A stretch of DNA of 58,712 bases, from positions 248,001 through 306,712 of the forward strand of contig MU058017.1 of the NCBI GenBank assembly GCA_013265495.1, written 5' to 3'. Below are positions 12,358 through 24,615 of the stretch, one piece after another. Made by a program: the position numbers and the translations under genes. Below the pieces are notes generated by a model, which searched no databases, was not told the DNA's origin, and saw only the letters and a program-made list of their open reading frames with translations. The stretch comes from Vicugna vicugna. Lineage: Eukaryota. Positions within the stretch are counted from its first letter, which is position 1; the number at the start of each line of letters is the position of its first letter.

Positions 12358-13260
12358 AAAAACTAATGGGATAAAAGTGGTTTTGTTAATGCTACATCTT
12401 GGAGAGTTCTACATTTTCACAGTGGTTAATGGAAGTACATGCATGAACATACATAGATAATACAGTACTAGTGAACCCCAGAGCTCTGAAGGTTCCAAAG
12501 CTCCTGAGCTTCTAAAAACCAAAAAGCAGCTCTTTCTTAGAATCTGCATAGTTTCTCCAAATGTATTTCCCCCTTTCCCTACCTTACCAGTATATTTACT
12601 CTCACACCCTGGTTTTTGCCTAATTCTGTGCTTATTCTATTCTCAACATCCTCTTCATCCAGTCTGCCCATTCATATTCTACCCATTCCTTCTCCCCCAG
12701 TTTAAGCATTACTGAGTATGTATAAAAAGCAAGAAATGTCTCTGATGGCATTTGGAGGTGATAAAACAAGAGGAATCAAACAAATATATATTGAACACCT
12801 GGAACACACTAATCACTGGGCAGAGTTTTAGATAATTAATTTTATGTAATCCCATGTCAAGAACTATCAGCACTCTAGACTCTAGACCCAAACACTTGCC
12901 ACTTTCTTGTCCACAGATTTGTCTCATACAGCCCTGATTTCTCCCTCTCCTATCCCTAATATTGTGCTTTCACTAGATTTATTAGTATCCTTATGTTTCC
13001 TTATTTCCTCTGTAACAATTTTTTTCTTCAAACACTTCTTGTCCCTTACTGAAGCAAAACATTCCCCCTAGGAATCTCAAAGCCCTAAAAAATATATATT
13101 TAAAACTAAGGAATACCAAAAAAATAAAAGAAAAAAGCATCATTGCCATCATTATGAAAGCCTCTTCTGATTAGTTTTTTCACCTAACAAAAGGAGAAAT
13201 TTTCAGGATCATCTTTCTAGTCCTTCCCAGGTATTTAGTAGTAAATACTAAAAATTTTTG

Positions 13261-15392
13261 ACAAGACACAGAAATAAAAGACATCAAATCAGAAAAGAAG
13301 AAGTAAAATTGTCACTATTTGCAGATGATACCATTTTATATATAAAAAATCCCCAAGACTCAATCAAAAAACTGTAGGAACTATTCAGTATAGTTTAAGG
13401 ATACAAAATCAATATATGGAAATCAACTGCATTTCTATATCCTAATAATGAAACATCTGAAAAGGAAATCAAAAAAACTATCCCTTTCACAATAGCATAA
13501 AAAAAAATCCCATAGGAATAAATTTAACCAAGGAAGTGAAAGATCTATAAAATAAAACTACAGAGCTTTGCAGAAAAAAATTGAAGACAAACAAATGAAA
13601 GGACATTACATGTTCATAAATCAGGAGAATTAATATCACTAAAATAACCATACTACCCAAAGCCATCTATAGATTCAATGCAATCCCATCAAAATACCAA
13701 TGGTATTCTTCACAGAAATAGGAAAAACAATCCTAAGACTTGTACGGAACCACAAAAGACCCCAAACAGCCAAAGCAATCCTAAAGAAAAAGAACAAAAC
13801 AAGAGATATCATACCTCCTGATTTCAAACTATACTACAAAGCTGTAATAGTATAAACAATATAGCATTGGCATAAAACACACACACAAACCACTGGAACA
13901 TTATAGAGAGCCTACAATTAAACCCTCTACCCATATACAGTTGATTAATATTCAACAAGGGAGTCAAGAACATCCAATGGGGAAAGGGTGGTCTCTTCGA
14001 CAAGTAGTGTTGGGAAAACTGGCTAAATACCTGCAGAACAATGAATTTGGACTCCTATCTTACACTATTTACAAAAATTAACTCAAAACAGATCTAAGAC
14101 TTTAAGACCCAATACTATAAAACTCCTAAAAGAAAATATAGAGAAAGAGCTCCTTGACATTGGTCTTGGCAATGTTTTTCTTTTTCTTTTTCTTTTTCTT
14201 TTTTTTTTTTGGATATGACAACAAAAGCACAGACAAAAGCAAAATCAACACAAATATATGACTATGAAACTTAAAAGCTTCTGCACAGAAAAAGAAATAA
14301 TTCACAAAATTAAGGCAATCTACAGAATGGGAGAATATTCTTACAAACTGTATACATATCAGATGAGGGGTTCTTCTCTAAAATATACAAAGAACCCACA
14401 CAACTCAGTAACAGAAACAAACAGATTTTAAAATGGGCAAAGGAACTAAATGGAATCTTTTTCAAAGATAGCCAAGTAGCCAACAGGCACATGAAAAGAT
14501 GCTCAACATCACTAATCATCAGGGAAATGCAAATCAAAACCACAATGAGATACCACCTCACACCTATCAGAATGGCTATGATGAAGAAGACAACAGGAGG
14601 AGGAGAAAAGTGTATCCTTGTACACTGTTGGTGGGAATGTAAATTGGTTCAATCTCAATGGGAAAAAATATGGAGGTTTTCTCAAAAAATTAAAAATAGA
14701 TCTATCATATGATTGAGCAATTTCACTTCTGGATATATACTCAAAGGAAATGAGAGCAGTATTTTGAAGAAATATTGAATATTGCATTCCCATGTTTAGT
14801 GCAGTATTGTTCACAATAGCCAAGACAGAGAAACAACCTAAATGCTCATCAACAGATGAATGAATAAAAAAGATTTTTTATATATATATGTGTGTGTGTG
14901 TATGAATACTATATTCAGCCATGAGAAAGGAGAACATTCTGCCATTTGCAACAACATGGATGGACTTTCAATACATTATGCCAAGTGAAGTAAATCAGTA
15001 GGGGAAGACACATACTATATATTACCCATATGTGGAATCTCAAAAAGCCAAACTCATAATAACGGAGAGTAAAATGGTGGTTACCAAAGGATGGTGGTGT
15101 TGGGGGACAGGACAGATGTTAAGGGTAAAAACTTACAAGTAGTAAATAGGCCCTAGAAAGCTAATGCACAGAATATAGATAATGGTAGAATATTGTAATT
15201 ATCAAACTTATTAAGAGAACAGAACTTAAATATTCCAACCACTAAAAGAAAGCATAATTATATAACATGCTAGAGGTGGTAATTATCACTACAATGGCAA
15301 TCATATTACTATATATAAATGTATCAAATTAACATGTTGTACACCTTAAATTTACATAATATTATATATCAAATTTTTTCTATTAAGAAAAA
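13261..15392 (+). mobile_element. 5'-truncated L1 (ORF2 RT and C-terminal part plus 3' UTR), non-functional
   Basis: ctatttgcagatgat encodes the LFADD RT motif; ORF 14491-14712 ([25 protein letters not shown]...[10 protein letters not shown]) is the L1 ORF2 C-terminus; frameshifts and stops; internal (TTTTTC)n at ~14175-14210. Confidence 0.97.
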
Positions 15393-15894
15393 GGAATTAC
15401 TCTAAAATTCACTATTATCAATGCAAAACGACCCTAATTTCTTAGAAGTGATGACTCGGTCATTCCTTACTAAATTCAGGAAGATAACACTAAGTATCTA
15501 AGAAGCAAGGACACTCAAATCATAATATTATACTCCCAAGGCCAAGACAGTCATTAGTTCAAGTCTTTCAGATTCCAGCAATTTTTGCTGCTGGGTAAAC
15601 TGACAAGTCACAGGGATTCATTCAAATTATGAATGAGACCCCAAGATATTAAAACTAATATCAAAGATCAGCTGGTTAGGGTCAAGGGCTTATTGAATTC
15701 AATTTCTGCATTTTGGATGATAAAACTGGGCCATCTTAAACTTCAAAAATGTGGTGAGTTAGGTCTTTAGAACACAAGTGTTTGTCAGACAAATCGTTTC
15801 AAGGACTTGGTTACAATACCCTGCTCAAACCTAGAATCTGCTCTCTAGAGAATTATTAAATTCTTTTCATTCTAGAGTAACATGAAAGCACATT

Positions 15895-16078
15895 TCAAAG
15901 GAAAAATACTAGTGCTAATAAAATCAGATAACAAATAGTTCTTTGGAGATGCTGGTGTGAACCATATAAATCTGCAGTATTTCTGCAACACACTGGCTGG
16001 TTGAGATGTCTGGCCTCACTTTGGTCACTGTCACCATGCTCCCTCCACTTTTCTCTCTTCTTAGGGACTGAAAGATAG
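15895..16078 (-). other. Candidate terminal exon segment of an unannotated minus-strand transcript
   Basis: Acceptor ttttctcacag at 16079; frame open to TGA at 15895-15897; no homology recognised. Confidence 0.15.
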
Positions 16079-16298
16079 CTGTGAGAAAATTTCCATATAA
16101 AAACCCCAAACTAGTCAAATATAGAAATTTGACTTAAAATTTATACCAAGTTTGAAGGCTGTTGGGCAACACAAAAGATCAAGCTGATAAAAGCAAGCAC
16201 TGGCATAGAAGCAAAAATGAAAAACAAAGACATTTCCACACTCTCCACAGTCTCAAGAAATGAAAGCAGCTGAAATGAGAACAATCCTCCTTGCTTAC

Positions 16299-16568
16299 CC
16301 TTCAGAGACAAAGCGGCAGGAAATTGTGAGATTCCTCCCAGAGCCCCACTTGCGAGGAAGCCCATTTAGCAAATGGTATGAGTTGTGGGATCTGTTGTTA
16401 TTGGTTTCCTTCCCTGGGAACACAGCACACTGGGGATTCAGCTGTATCACAAAACAGTCTTCTGAACCCTCAGACTTGTCAAGTGCAGACTGAGAACTAC
16501 TCCTTATGGGTTTGCAAAGGGCCATAACTCTCCTCCTTGGCTCACTCATTCTTGGCACTATTGTGTTG
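16299..16568 (-). other. Candidate 270-nt exon (unannotated)
   Basis: Acceptor ctttctcctag, donor AGG|gtaagc; one frame open throughout (ORF track 16295-16558). Confidence 0.25.
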
Positions 16569-16927
16569 CTAGGAGAAAGCTTTTGAACCTATCAGTCAAG
16601 GTGTTCTGTGTTATGGGCCACCATTAACTAGCCCCATAACATCTGTTCTGTGTTTTTGTTGCCTAGGGAAAGCAAAACCCTCAGAACCAAAATGACAGGC
16701 CAGGAATTAAGCCATGGAGAATCTTCAGGGAGAGAAGCACCCACAATACAGCCTCTGTCTTACTATTTGCCAAAATCAGGTCATGTTTTTCATTCTTGAC
16801 AAAGATTCCTCTAAATACCAGGAGGAAGAAAAAGACTCCAAAATAATGTACTATAACAGAAATATGAAAGTAGCAATTCCCAAATGTGTTATCTCTTAGC
16901 GGAGAAGAATTTTTTAATTATGTACAG

Positions 16928-17172
16928 CATCTAATATTTGTTGAGTGCCCACTAACTGCCAAGCATTACTCTAAATATTTTACGTGTATTAACTTACTTA
17001 ATCTCCACAATAAACCACAATAAATCAGTTGGTAGATAATCAATATCAACTCTATTTTACAGGTGAGAGAACTGGTATGTCACATGTCTGAAGTCTCAGA
17101 CCTAAAACCAGCAGAGTTGTGACTTGAACCCATGTAGGCTGGCACCAGAAATCAGATTCTTCACCATTAGAT
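16928..17172 (-). mobile_element. MIR SINE
   Basis: atatttgttgagtgccc...tattttacaggtgagagaactg...gacttgaacccatg. Confidence 0.85.
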
Positions 17173-17538
17173 CCTATCGCCTTTCATGCTTACTAAAGCA
17201 TAGAAAGCCAAAGAAAGAAAGAAAAATCAAGTTCAGAGGTTTAAACACCTCCTGATTTTTTCATACTAGTAACTGCTCCCCCAGGAATCTGTAAATAACC
17301 AATTTCTCTTCAGGACTCCATAGGTGGGTGCGCAGGTGCACTAAAAGGTGCAGAAGGCATCTTTGGGTTTCTTCTCTTTCACAGACTTGGCAGTGCTGTG
17401 CCACAGCAGGCAGCAACAATGCTCACTGTGCTTCCTAGACTTGAGTGAAAGTGAGGAGGAAGGAGTTAATCTGCAGCCAGAGCCAACTGTTCTCCTGTTA
17501 ATAAGCTATGTGAGTTAGGAATTGTCTCTGTTCATTGC

Positions 17539-18022
17539 TGTATTAGGGTTCTTCAGAGAAACAAAACCAATGGAAGCTGCATATACATTGTATATATAAA
17601 ATATGCACATGCATATATATAGAAATTAATTAGAAGGAGTTGACTCATACAATTATGGAAGCTGAGAAGTCCCACAGTCTGTCTTCTACAAGCTGGAGAC
17701 CCAGGAAAGTTGGTGGTGTAATTCTAGTACAAGTCCAAAGGCCTGAGAACCAGTGGAGCCAGTGGTATAAATCCCAATCCAAAGGCAAGAGAAGACTGAT
17801 ATCCCCATCTATCAGCCAGACAGAAAGCGAAAGAAGTGAATTTCTCCTTCCTCCACCTTTTTGTTCTATCTAGGTCCTCAGCAGATTGGATGATGCCCAC
17901 TACACTGGGAAGGGTTATTCAGCCCTTGATTCAAATGCTAACCTCACAGATACTCCAGAAGTAATGTTTAATCTGGGCATCCTGTGGCACAGCCAAGGTG
18001 ACACATAAAACTAACCATCACA
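17539..18022 (-). mobile_element. MLT2B-like ERVL solo LTR inserted in an L2 3' end
   Basis: tgtattagggttcttcagagaaac...gacacataaaactaaccatcaca; 5-bp TSD attgc/actgc; the flanks rejoin as an L2 tail. Confidence 0.92.
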
Positions 18023-18620
18023 ACTGCCATATCTCCAGTGCTAATAGAGTGCTTAACATACTGCATTCAGTCACTAATTCGGTGAGTAAATTGAGTCCTG
18101 TGTGTTTACATATCTCATGGCTGTTATATATGATTATCTGTGACTATATTTTGCACATAAAATTTTATGATGGAGAGGATTATCAGTGATTGTAAGTTCA
18201 CAGAAAACATCAACATTACACTTGGTGAAATGCCTAAACAGGAGCAGCCAAGATTGTGAACACTACCTTTTTAAGGAAAGAAGGAATATCTGCTTAAATC
18301 TAACTGAAATAAGTCTGCCATAGATTGTAGATTTAATGGAAAATGGTAAAATATAATATAGATTTCTCTTTAAAGCATTTTTAATAAATTAGAGGCCCCA
18401 AATAAATCAGAGGTGCTCATTATAATTTATATCTGCCAACTATTTATTAGAAAGATTTACTTTGGTAGATATCATTTTTATGATACCATCTTTACTGCCA
18501 ACAGAGTCTTGAAAAATATACTCAATTAAATAGGATAATGATTCCTATTGAAGACTGCACCAAAGTAGTCAAAAATATATCAGTTGTATTTCATCCAGAA
18601 CAAAAACAGATTAAATTTAC

Positions 18621-18675
18621 CTCATCCCTGGATGTGGTATTTGGCGCAAATTGCACTTTTGCAGGAGGGTGGAGT
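18621..18675 (-). other. Candidate 55-nt internal exon (unannotated)
   Basis: Acceptor tttctggtgtttttgatcttag, donor GAG|gtaaat; exon is GC-richer than its flanks; two frames open. Confidence 0.3.
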
Positions 18676-19029
18676 CTAAGATCAAAAACACCAGAAATAT
18701 TATGCATTTAATGAAAGCCAATCTTCTGACAACTAGGCTAAGCACAGTTCTGTCCTATTTCTGAGGAATTTTGGTCATATCCCAGATACCAAAGAATATT
18801 CTTTATTCTTACAGAACTATAGCCTCAAGAAAGATGGACACTGTATTTGCAATAATGCTTCATTGAAATGCCATCTGTGTTTCTTCATTTGCTGAAATAA
18901 AAGTATATATAAATAAACCAAGGAAAAACATTATACATGTAAATCCTTCACTTTAAAAATGAACACCATAGATGTCCTTCCAGAAAAAAAGAGGGTAATT
19001 ATACCTGTCAAAACTAGCCAATCATTAAT

Positions 19030-19200
19030 ATTTTTAGAGCTGAAAGGGGACTTTGGAAATAATCTAGTCCCATCTTCTGATTTTAGAAGTAAAGAGACTG
19101 GGGTTCTAAAAGGTATGATTATTTATCCATAATCTCACAGCTACTGAAAAACAAAGCTGAGGTTAACACCCCAGTCTTCCATGCACAGTCCATTTTCCAT
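19030..19200 (-). mobile_element. MIR3/MIR fragment
   Basis: ttttagagctgaaaggggactttggaaataatctagtccc. Confidence 0.7.
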
Positions 19201-19839
19201 TTTTCTCTGCTGTCTAGCTACAATGCTGCATTGTCCCACCCTTAGGAGATCTCATTCATTGGCTTGGTATACCCAGCCCCTGGTCGGGGTTCTGGGACTG
19301 CACTAAAGATACAATGCAGTGCCCTGGAAACCTGGGTCTCTCTATAGCTGTTACCAGCACTACCACCTGGACCTTAATGAGTGTGTGGATGTTTGGTTTT
19401 ATTAAAGTTGTGTCATTTATTTGTGATACCCTCGGTCAGAAACACACCATGACCATGTTTATTTTGTGCCGTTCTATAATAGAAAGAGTTCACCAAGACA
19501 CTTACCTAAAAGGCATCTTTCAATTAAAATCATTTCAACTTTTTATGTTTTTTTTTCCCCCCTGAGTAGCCAAGTTACTGTATTTATCCATTGTCTGAAA
19601 GGAAACCTCTCCTAGCACATTCCCCTCCATATACTTTTTTGACATCCTTTTTTCTTTGTAAATAATTTTTCATTTAATTCTCATGAAGCTTGTCAAATCA
19701 AAATAGAAGCTCGAAATACAAGCACCAGAGAATCTATAGGTGATGTGAATTTGAGCTTAAAGAGAAGGAATCATACATGATTGGAGTAGAGGAGGGGAGC
19801 TGGTCTTTGTAATTATCTGGAATCCCTCTTATTAAATAC

Positions 19840-20025
19840 AATCACTACCATTTACATAATATGCCAAATCTTGTATTAAGCACTTTACGTGGAATTTTCT
19901 CCCTAAATTTTTCACAATATGTAATAAGTTCTAAAGAAGTTCTAAGAGGTAAGTCACACAGGAAGCAATAGAGCCAAGAGTTGAACCTAAGCTTTGTGAA
20001 TTCAAGATCAAGGTCTTCATCTCTC
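19840..20025 (-). mobile_element. MIR fragment
   Basis: ctaccatttacataatatgcc...gtcacacagg...agagccaagagttgaacctaagc. Confidence 0.65.
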
Positions 20026-20134
20026 AGAGTAGGTAGGTAGACAGGTAAATTCAAAAAAGAGGGCATATTTTATGCTTTGATAAAATTTAATTACCAGGAG
20101 CTGATGGGACATTGGAAAACTAAATGATCAATTT

Positions 20135-20560
20135 CAAATAGGCAATTTCAGAAGAAGTGCAAATGACTCTGAACGTGAGAAAAGATGCTGAATCTCTCTC
20201 TGTTAATCAAGAAGATGCAGATTTAAGCAACAACGTATCATCTGTTTTTTTATCCATCACTTTTGGATGCAGGAGTTAAAAATATTAACAGTATCTGGTT
20301 TAAGTGAAGATGCTGGTAAATGGGCTTTTTCTCTCATGTGCTATTAATTTTGACTGACACCAGGTAAGCCTTTTTAGAGGAAATTGACACTTTCCATTTA
20401 GGAGGACATTGACATTTTGTATAGGAAGAAAAAAATTTAAATGAGTATGAAGGACAGTATTTTTTAAATGTTTAAATTTTCTCTCACATTTTTACTCTAT
20501 GTAGTTCTGCTATCTTAATCATTTACAACAAGAATATAGTCAGATCATCCTTGTATAATT
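20135..20560 (+). mobile_element. Ancient L1ME-type 3' fragments
   Basis: aggcaatttcagaagaagtgcaaatgac...aaaagatgctgaatc...aatcaagaagatgcagatttaagcaac resembles a decayed ORF2 C-terminus. Confidence 0.65.
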
Positions 20561-20823
20561 GAAAACATTTATTTAGACTAAAAGGTACATCATGACAATG
20601 CACTGCCTCTCATTTGCCATATTCTCTAATCATATCCTGTCTTCTGTTACTCTTGGAAGATTTGGGAGAGCCAGCTTCCCCTTCTCCTGTCAATCTGGGA
20701 TGCTGTTATCACAGTTTCCTCATTCTGCCAACACTCAAAAGCCACAGCCGGCCCCTCCATGTGTGTTCTAAGTTGAAGGAAGTTATGAACCTTGTTACCT
20801 TTTCTACCAAAACATAGACTTAC

Positions 20824-21240
20824 CTACAGCAGGTGCCCCTAGCAGTACCCATTTCTCTGCTGCTGTGACAAGGCAGGGTGGGATTTCAGGCATCTGACCT
20901 ACATGGCGTCCATTCAAGGCCCGGGACCACCACATGCTTCAGGGAGAGGGCCCTGTACCCGCACCAGCATGCACCGGTGCTGCAGAGCTTGCTCCTTTCT
21001 ACCTGCTGTGCTCTAGGTTTTACAAGGACTGTTTCTTGCTGCCTAATCTCAGTTCCTCTGACTTAACCTCTTTCCTGTCAAGTACCTGCTCGCTCCTCCC
21101 TTCCTCTGGCACTCAGTACCCTTGACCACCCTGTCTACAGTGTCCACAAGACCCTCCTTCTCCCACAAGCTTTCTTGGTTACCCCTGCCCTTGAGGTCCT
21201 GCACAGCCTGGTATTCCAGACTTTGGGAGTTCAATGACCA
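20824..21240. promoter_or_regulatory. Candidate promoter/first-exon patch between divergent splice donors
   Basis: Non-repeat, GC-richer, several CpGs; minus donor TAG|gtaagt (20818-20823) and plus donor CCA|gtaagt (21241-21246). Confidence 0.3.
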
Positions 21241-23799
21241 GTAAGTTAAACAAACAAAAAACAATGTGGAGAACTGGCAGAAGGCTGCCAAGTACCGATT
21301 TTGCCAAGCAGACCGTCAAAAAACAAGAAATACCATCTATTATCACCATCGTTTTTATTAAAGAAAGGCATTTTAACACTAAAAATGGGAAAAGGTCACA
21401 AGCTCAGAAAAATAGAAAATGTTTCTCAAAGAACAGCAATTAAGCAAACTTGGGGAGAGACTTGAGGTGGAAAAAGGGATACATGACCTGAAGGAGGAAG
21501 CTTGTTAGAAAACAGCCCAGCCTGTCTGTCTAATACAGAGGATCCTCTTGGAAATCAGGGCAGAGCTACTTTGAGCAGCCCACATGCCACACCTGCTCTC
21601 ACATACATCTCAAGGTCATTTGAGCGAGTTCCCCTGATGCCTAAGCTAACGAATTATTGTAGCTGCTCTGCTCTCAGACAACTCCATCCTTCAAAATCTG
21701 GCTGGAGGCCACACTGCAAATACCAAGCAGGATGAAGCTCACCCACTCCTGGAGTTTGCTGTCCCTCATCCAAAGGCACTACACAGACACTTCTTTGTAT
21801 TCTACAGCCTGGAATACCTTAAGCTGTCCTTGAAAAGAGTCTCTTAAAGTTCTGGTCATGCAGAAAGGCTGTGCAGGTGTGGGAGAGAGCCCGAGCAGAA
21901 GTACTTGGGTGAAACCAACAGTAGTATCAAATCATTTTATCATGGACAGGTAACTGTCCATGAAAAGGGTTTTAAGGCAATAGCTGGTATGTGCTCCAGT
22001 ATGAGACTCTAAAAGCCAGAAAGTATTTATGGATGTTTTTAGGTGAATATAGTTCTTGAAATGCAGGTTTTTCTCAGATTTGCTAAAATCCATTTTAATA
22101 TTCAGCTTAATTACTCATCACAAATTTGTTCTAAAAAGGCTAAGTGGCTAAACGACTATTTTTTTTTTTAAACTAAATGCTTCAGGTCCAACTATTTTGA
22201 GCTAAATTACTAGCAGTAGAAATATCCTAACCCTCTCAGTCTTCAGGGCACAATATCCCATAGTTTTTATCAGGAAGCAGTAAAAGGAAGTAGAAGGAAT
22301 GGGGTTAGGCCAATGGCCAAAGCTGTAGTTATGGGAGAGAACTGGTGCATTTCAATCCACACAAGGGGATCCGAAAGGACAGACTGCATAGATGCCCCAG
22401 TTCCCCATGTACCATTTCGTAGTCAACCCATTGTCTTTCACCCAGGTTTACTGCTAAATAATACAGAAGTTAGAAAGAAATGTAACAAGCTGGTAACATG
22501 AAATGTGATGAGGTCAGGATACACACACTCACATGCCCAAACAACATGTGACTTAGCAGTTTCTTCTATCACTGCGAACACGATTGCCATTTCTATCATC
22601 ATCATTAATTAAAGTAAAATTCTTAAAACTTACTTCACCATTCATCTCTAGAGCTAAGCAGGATTATTCCAGGCTTTCGGCCCAAGTTTTCTAAAAGCCT
22701 AGCTGATTAAAAGGTATTAACATTTATATTTTGCCAACAATGATTATACTCGTTGGTGAGTGTTTATGTGATAACCAAGATGTAACAAGAGAGATGCAGA
22801 AAAGCATAGTAAACATGACATTCGTATATAAAGGGTAGTTGTCAGCAACTAAAGTGTGTTTCCTCCTTGGCAAAGGAAAGGAAGGAAGTTAACTCATGGA
22901 CTTAAAGGCACCTTCTAGGTCTAGTATTTTATGACTGTGATCAGCAGACAATTTTTCAGAAGGTACCGAATAAATAATGCGAGGTTCAAAATCCTTCAAA
23001 GGCTGATTATAAATTCTCAGCACTCCATTTTGTTTTTATCTTTTCTTCTTCCTGTTTTTTTTTATCATGTACCCATTTCTCATTAATACTGCTAATCAAA
23101 GAGGAAAGAAAGAGAAGTTCTGTTAAGTCAAATTTGATGAAATGAAAAGCTGAATTTTTGAGATTACCCACAGAATTTTCCACATACTTCACTTTTTTGA
23201 AAATTTGTCTTTCTTCAGTGGCATTCAACAAGAAAGAGTTAGCTGTGGTTTAAACTCTGTTAAGCCTCAAGATTCCTTGCAAAAGCGTCTGGGAAGAAAA
23301 ATGCCAGCAGAGAATGCAATCAACTTCTTTAGCTAGGGACCCCAACATAGCCGGCAATCTGGATATTTACGCTGTTTGTGATAAGAATAAAAGCAACCAA
23401 TAGTCCTTTCTTTGAAAAACAAAACATAACCAGAAGCCATGACTTGCAAGTTTATAGCAAGCTTACTTCCTTCAGTTCAGGAGTATTTTACCAACTGAAT
23501 GTTACTTTTCACAAATGTAAAGTTAAATCAACAACTGTCTTGGCATTCATGACACTAGAGGTGAAAGAGCCTATGAAATGTGAAATTAACTTTTCAGGTT
23601 TGAAACTGATACACCAAGTTTAAAAAAATAAAGCATTTGATGAGTGTTTTGCCAGTCATGTAAATTCCATTCCCAATCATTACTCTTGATTCCCCAAGTA
23701 AGGAAACAGAGAGAAAGAGAGTATAATATGTTCAGAACAGAACTGAATGCTATTTGGAATAGGGGTTAAATACACATATAACATACATTTATTTATTTA

Positions 23800-24208
23800 C
23801 TGTTTATATTTATTGACATATAGATGATTTACAATATTGTGTGAGTGTCAGGTGTACAGCAAAGTGATTCAGTTATACAGATACTCTTTTTCAGATTCTT
23901 TTCCATTACAGGTTATTACAAGATATTGAATATAGTTCCCTGTGCTATACAGTAGGTCCTTGTTTATTTTATATATAGTAGTGTGTATCTGTTCATCACA
24001 AACTCCTAATTTATCTCTCCCCCAACTTTCCTTTTTGATAATCAAATTTGTTTTCTATGTCTGTGAGTCTATTTCTGTATTGTAAATAAGTTCATTTCTA
24101 TCATTTTTTTTGGATTCCACATATTAGTGGTATAATATGATACTTGTCTTTCTCTGACTTCTTTTACTAAGTATGTTCATCTCTAGGTCCAACGATGCTG
24201 CTACAAAT
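23800..24208 (-). mobile_element. L1 3' end, cetartiodactyl-type 3' UTR
   Basis: gtgtacagcaaagtgattcagttata...tatagttccctgtgctatacagtaggtcc...gattccacat; same family as 46123-46455. Confidence 0.92.
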
Positions 24209-24402
24209 CATTTACTTTTTACTATTATTTACTACTACCATCCTTACTATTATTAATATTGTACATTAGAGTTAAGTAGTTTACAAAGTGCTCTCACATA
24301 TTTTTTTTCCCACTTTTACTTGACCTCCCTAATGCTTTGATGTAGATAAAATAGCAAGTATTCCAATGCATTAATTTAGCATCTGTTCACCACCATGGGC
24401 AA

Positions 24403-24426
24403 CACCACCACCACCACCACCACCAC
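24403..24426. repeat. (CAC)8 microsatellite
   Basis: Direct read. Confidence 0.9.
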
Positions 24427-24429
24427 CAT

Positions 24430-24615
24430 CAGTAGACTGAGCACTTACTATTTGCCAAAGTCTACACTAAATGGTTTATGGGGATCATCTCTTTTAACCC
24501 TCACTACAACTCTGCAATTGGTGTTTTATCTCTGTTTTACAGATGAGAAAACATAGTTGACTGGGGCCTGAAATCTGGGGCTTCTGAGTCCAAGTGCAGT
24601 GTTCTCGCCACATTG
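24430..24615 (-). mobile_element. MIR SINE
   Basis: tgagcacttactatttgcc...tttaaccctcactacaac...ttttacagatgagaaaac. Confidence 0.8.

Noticed and set aside
14310..14823. ORFs 14310-14561, 14491-14712 and 14512-14823 as genes
   Set aside because: Sense and antisense fragments of a broken L1 ORF2.
15448..15500. Box C-like GTGATGA words as snoRNAs (also near 22504 and 46609)
   Set aside because: I saw no terminal stem with a suitably placed D box or an rRNA-complementary guide.
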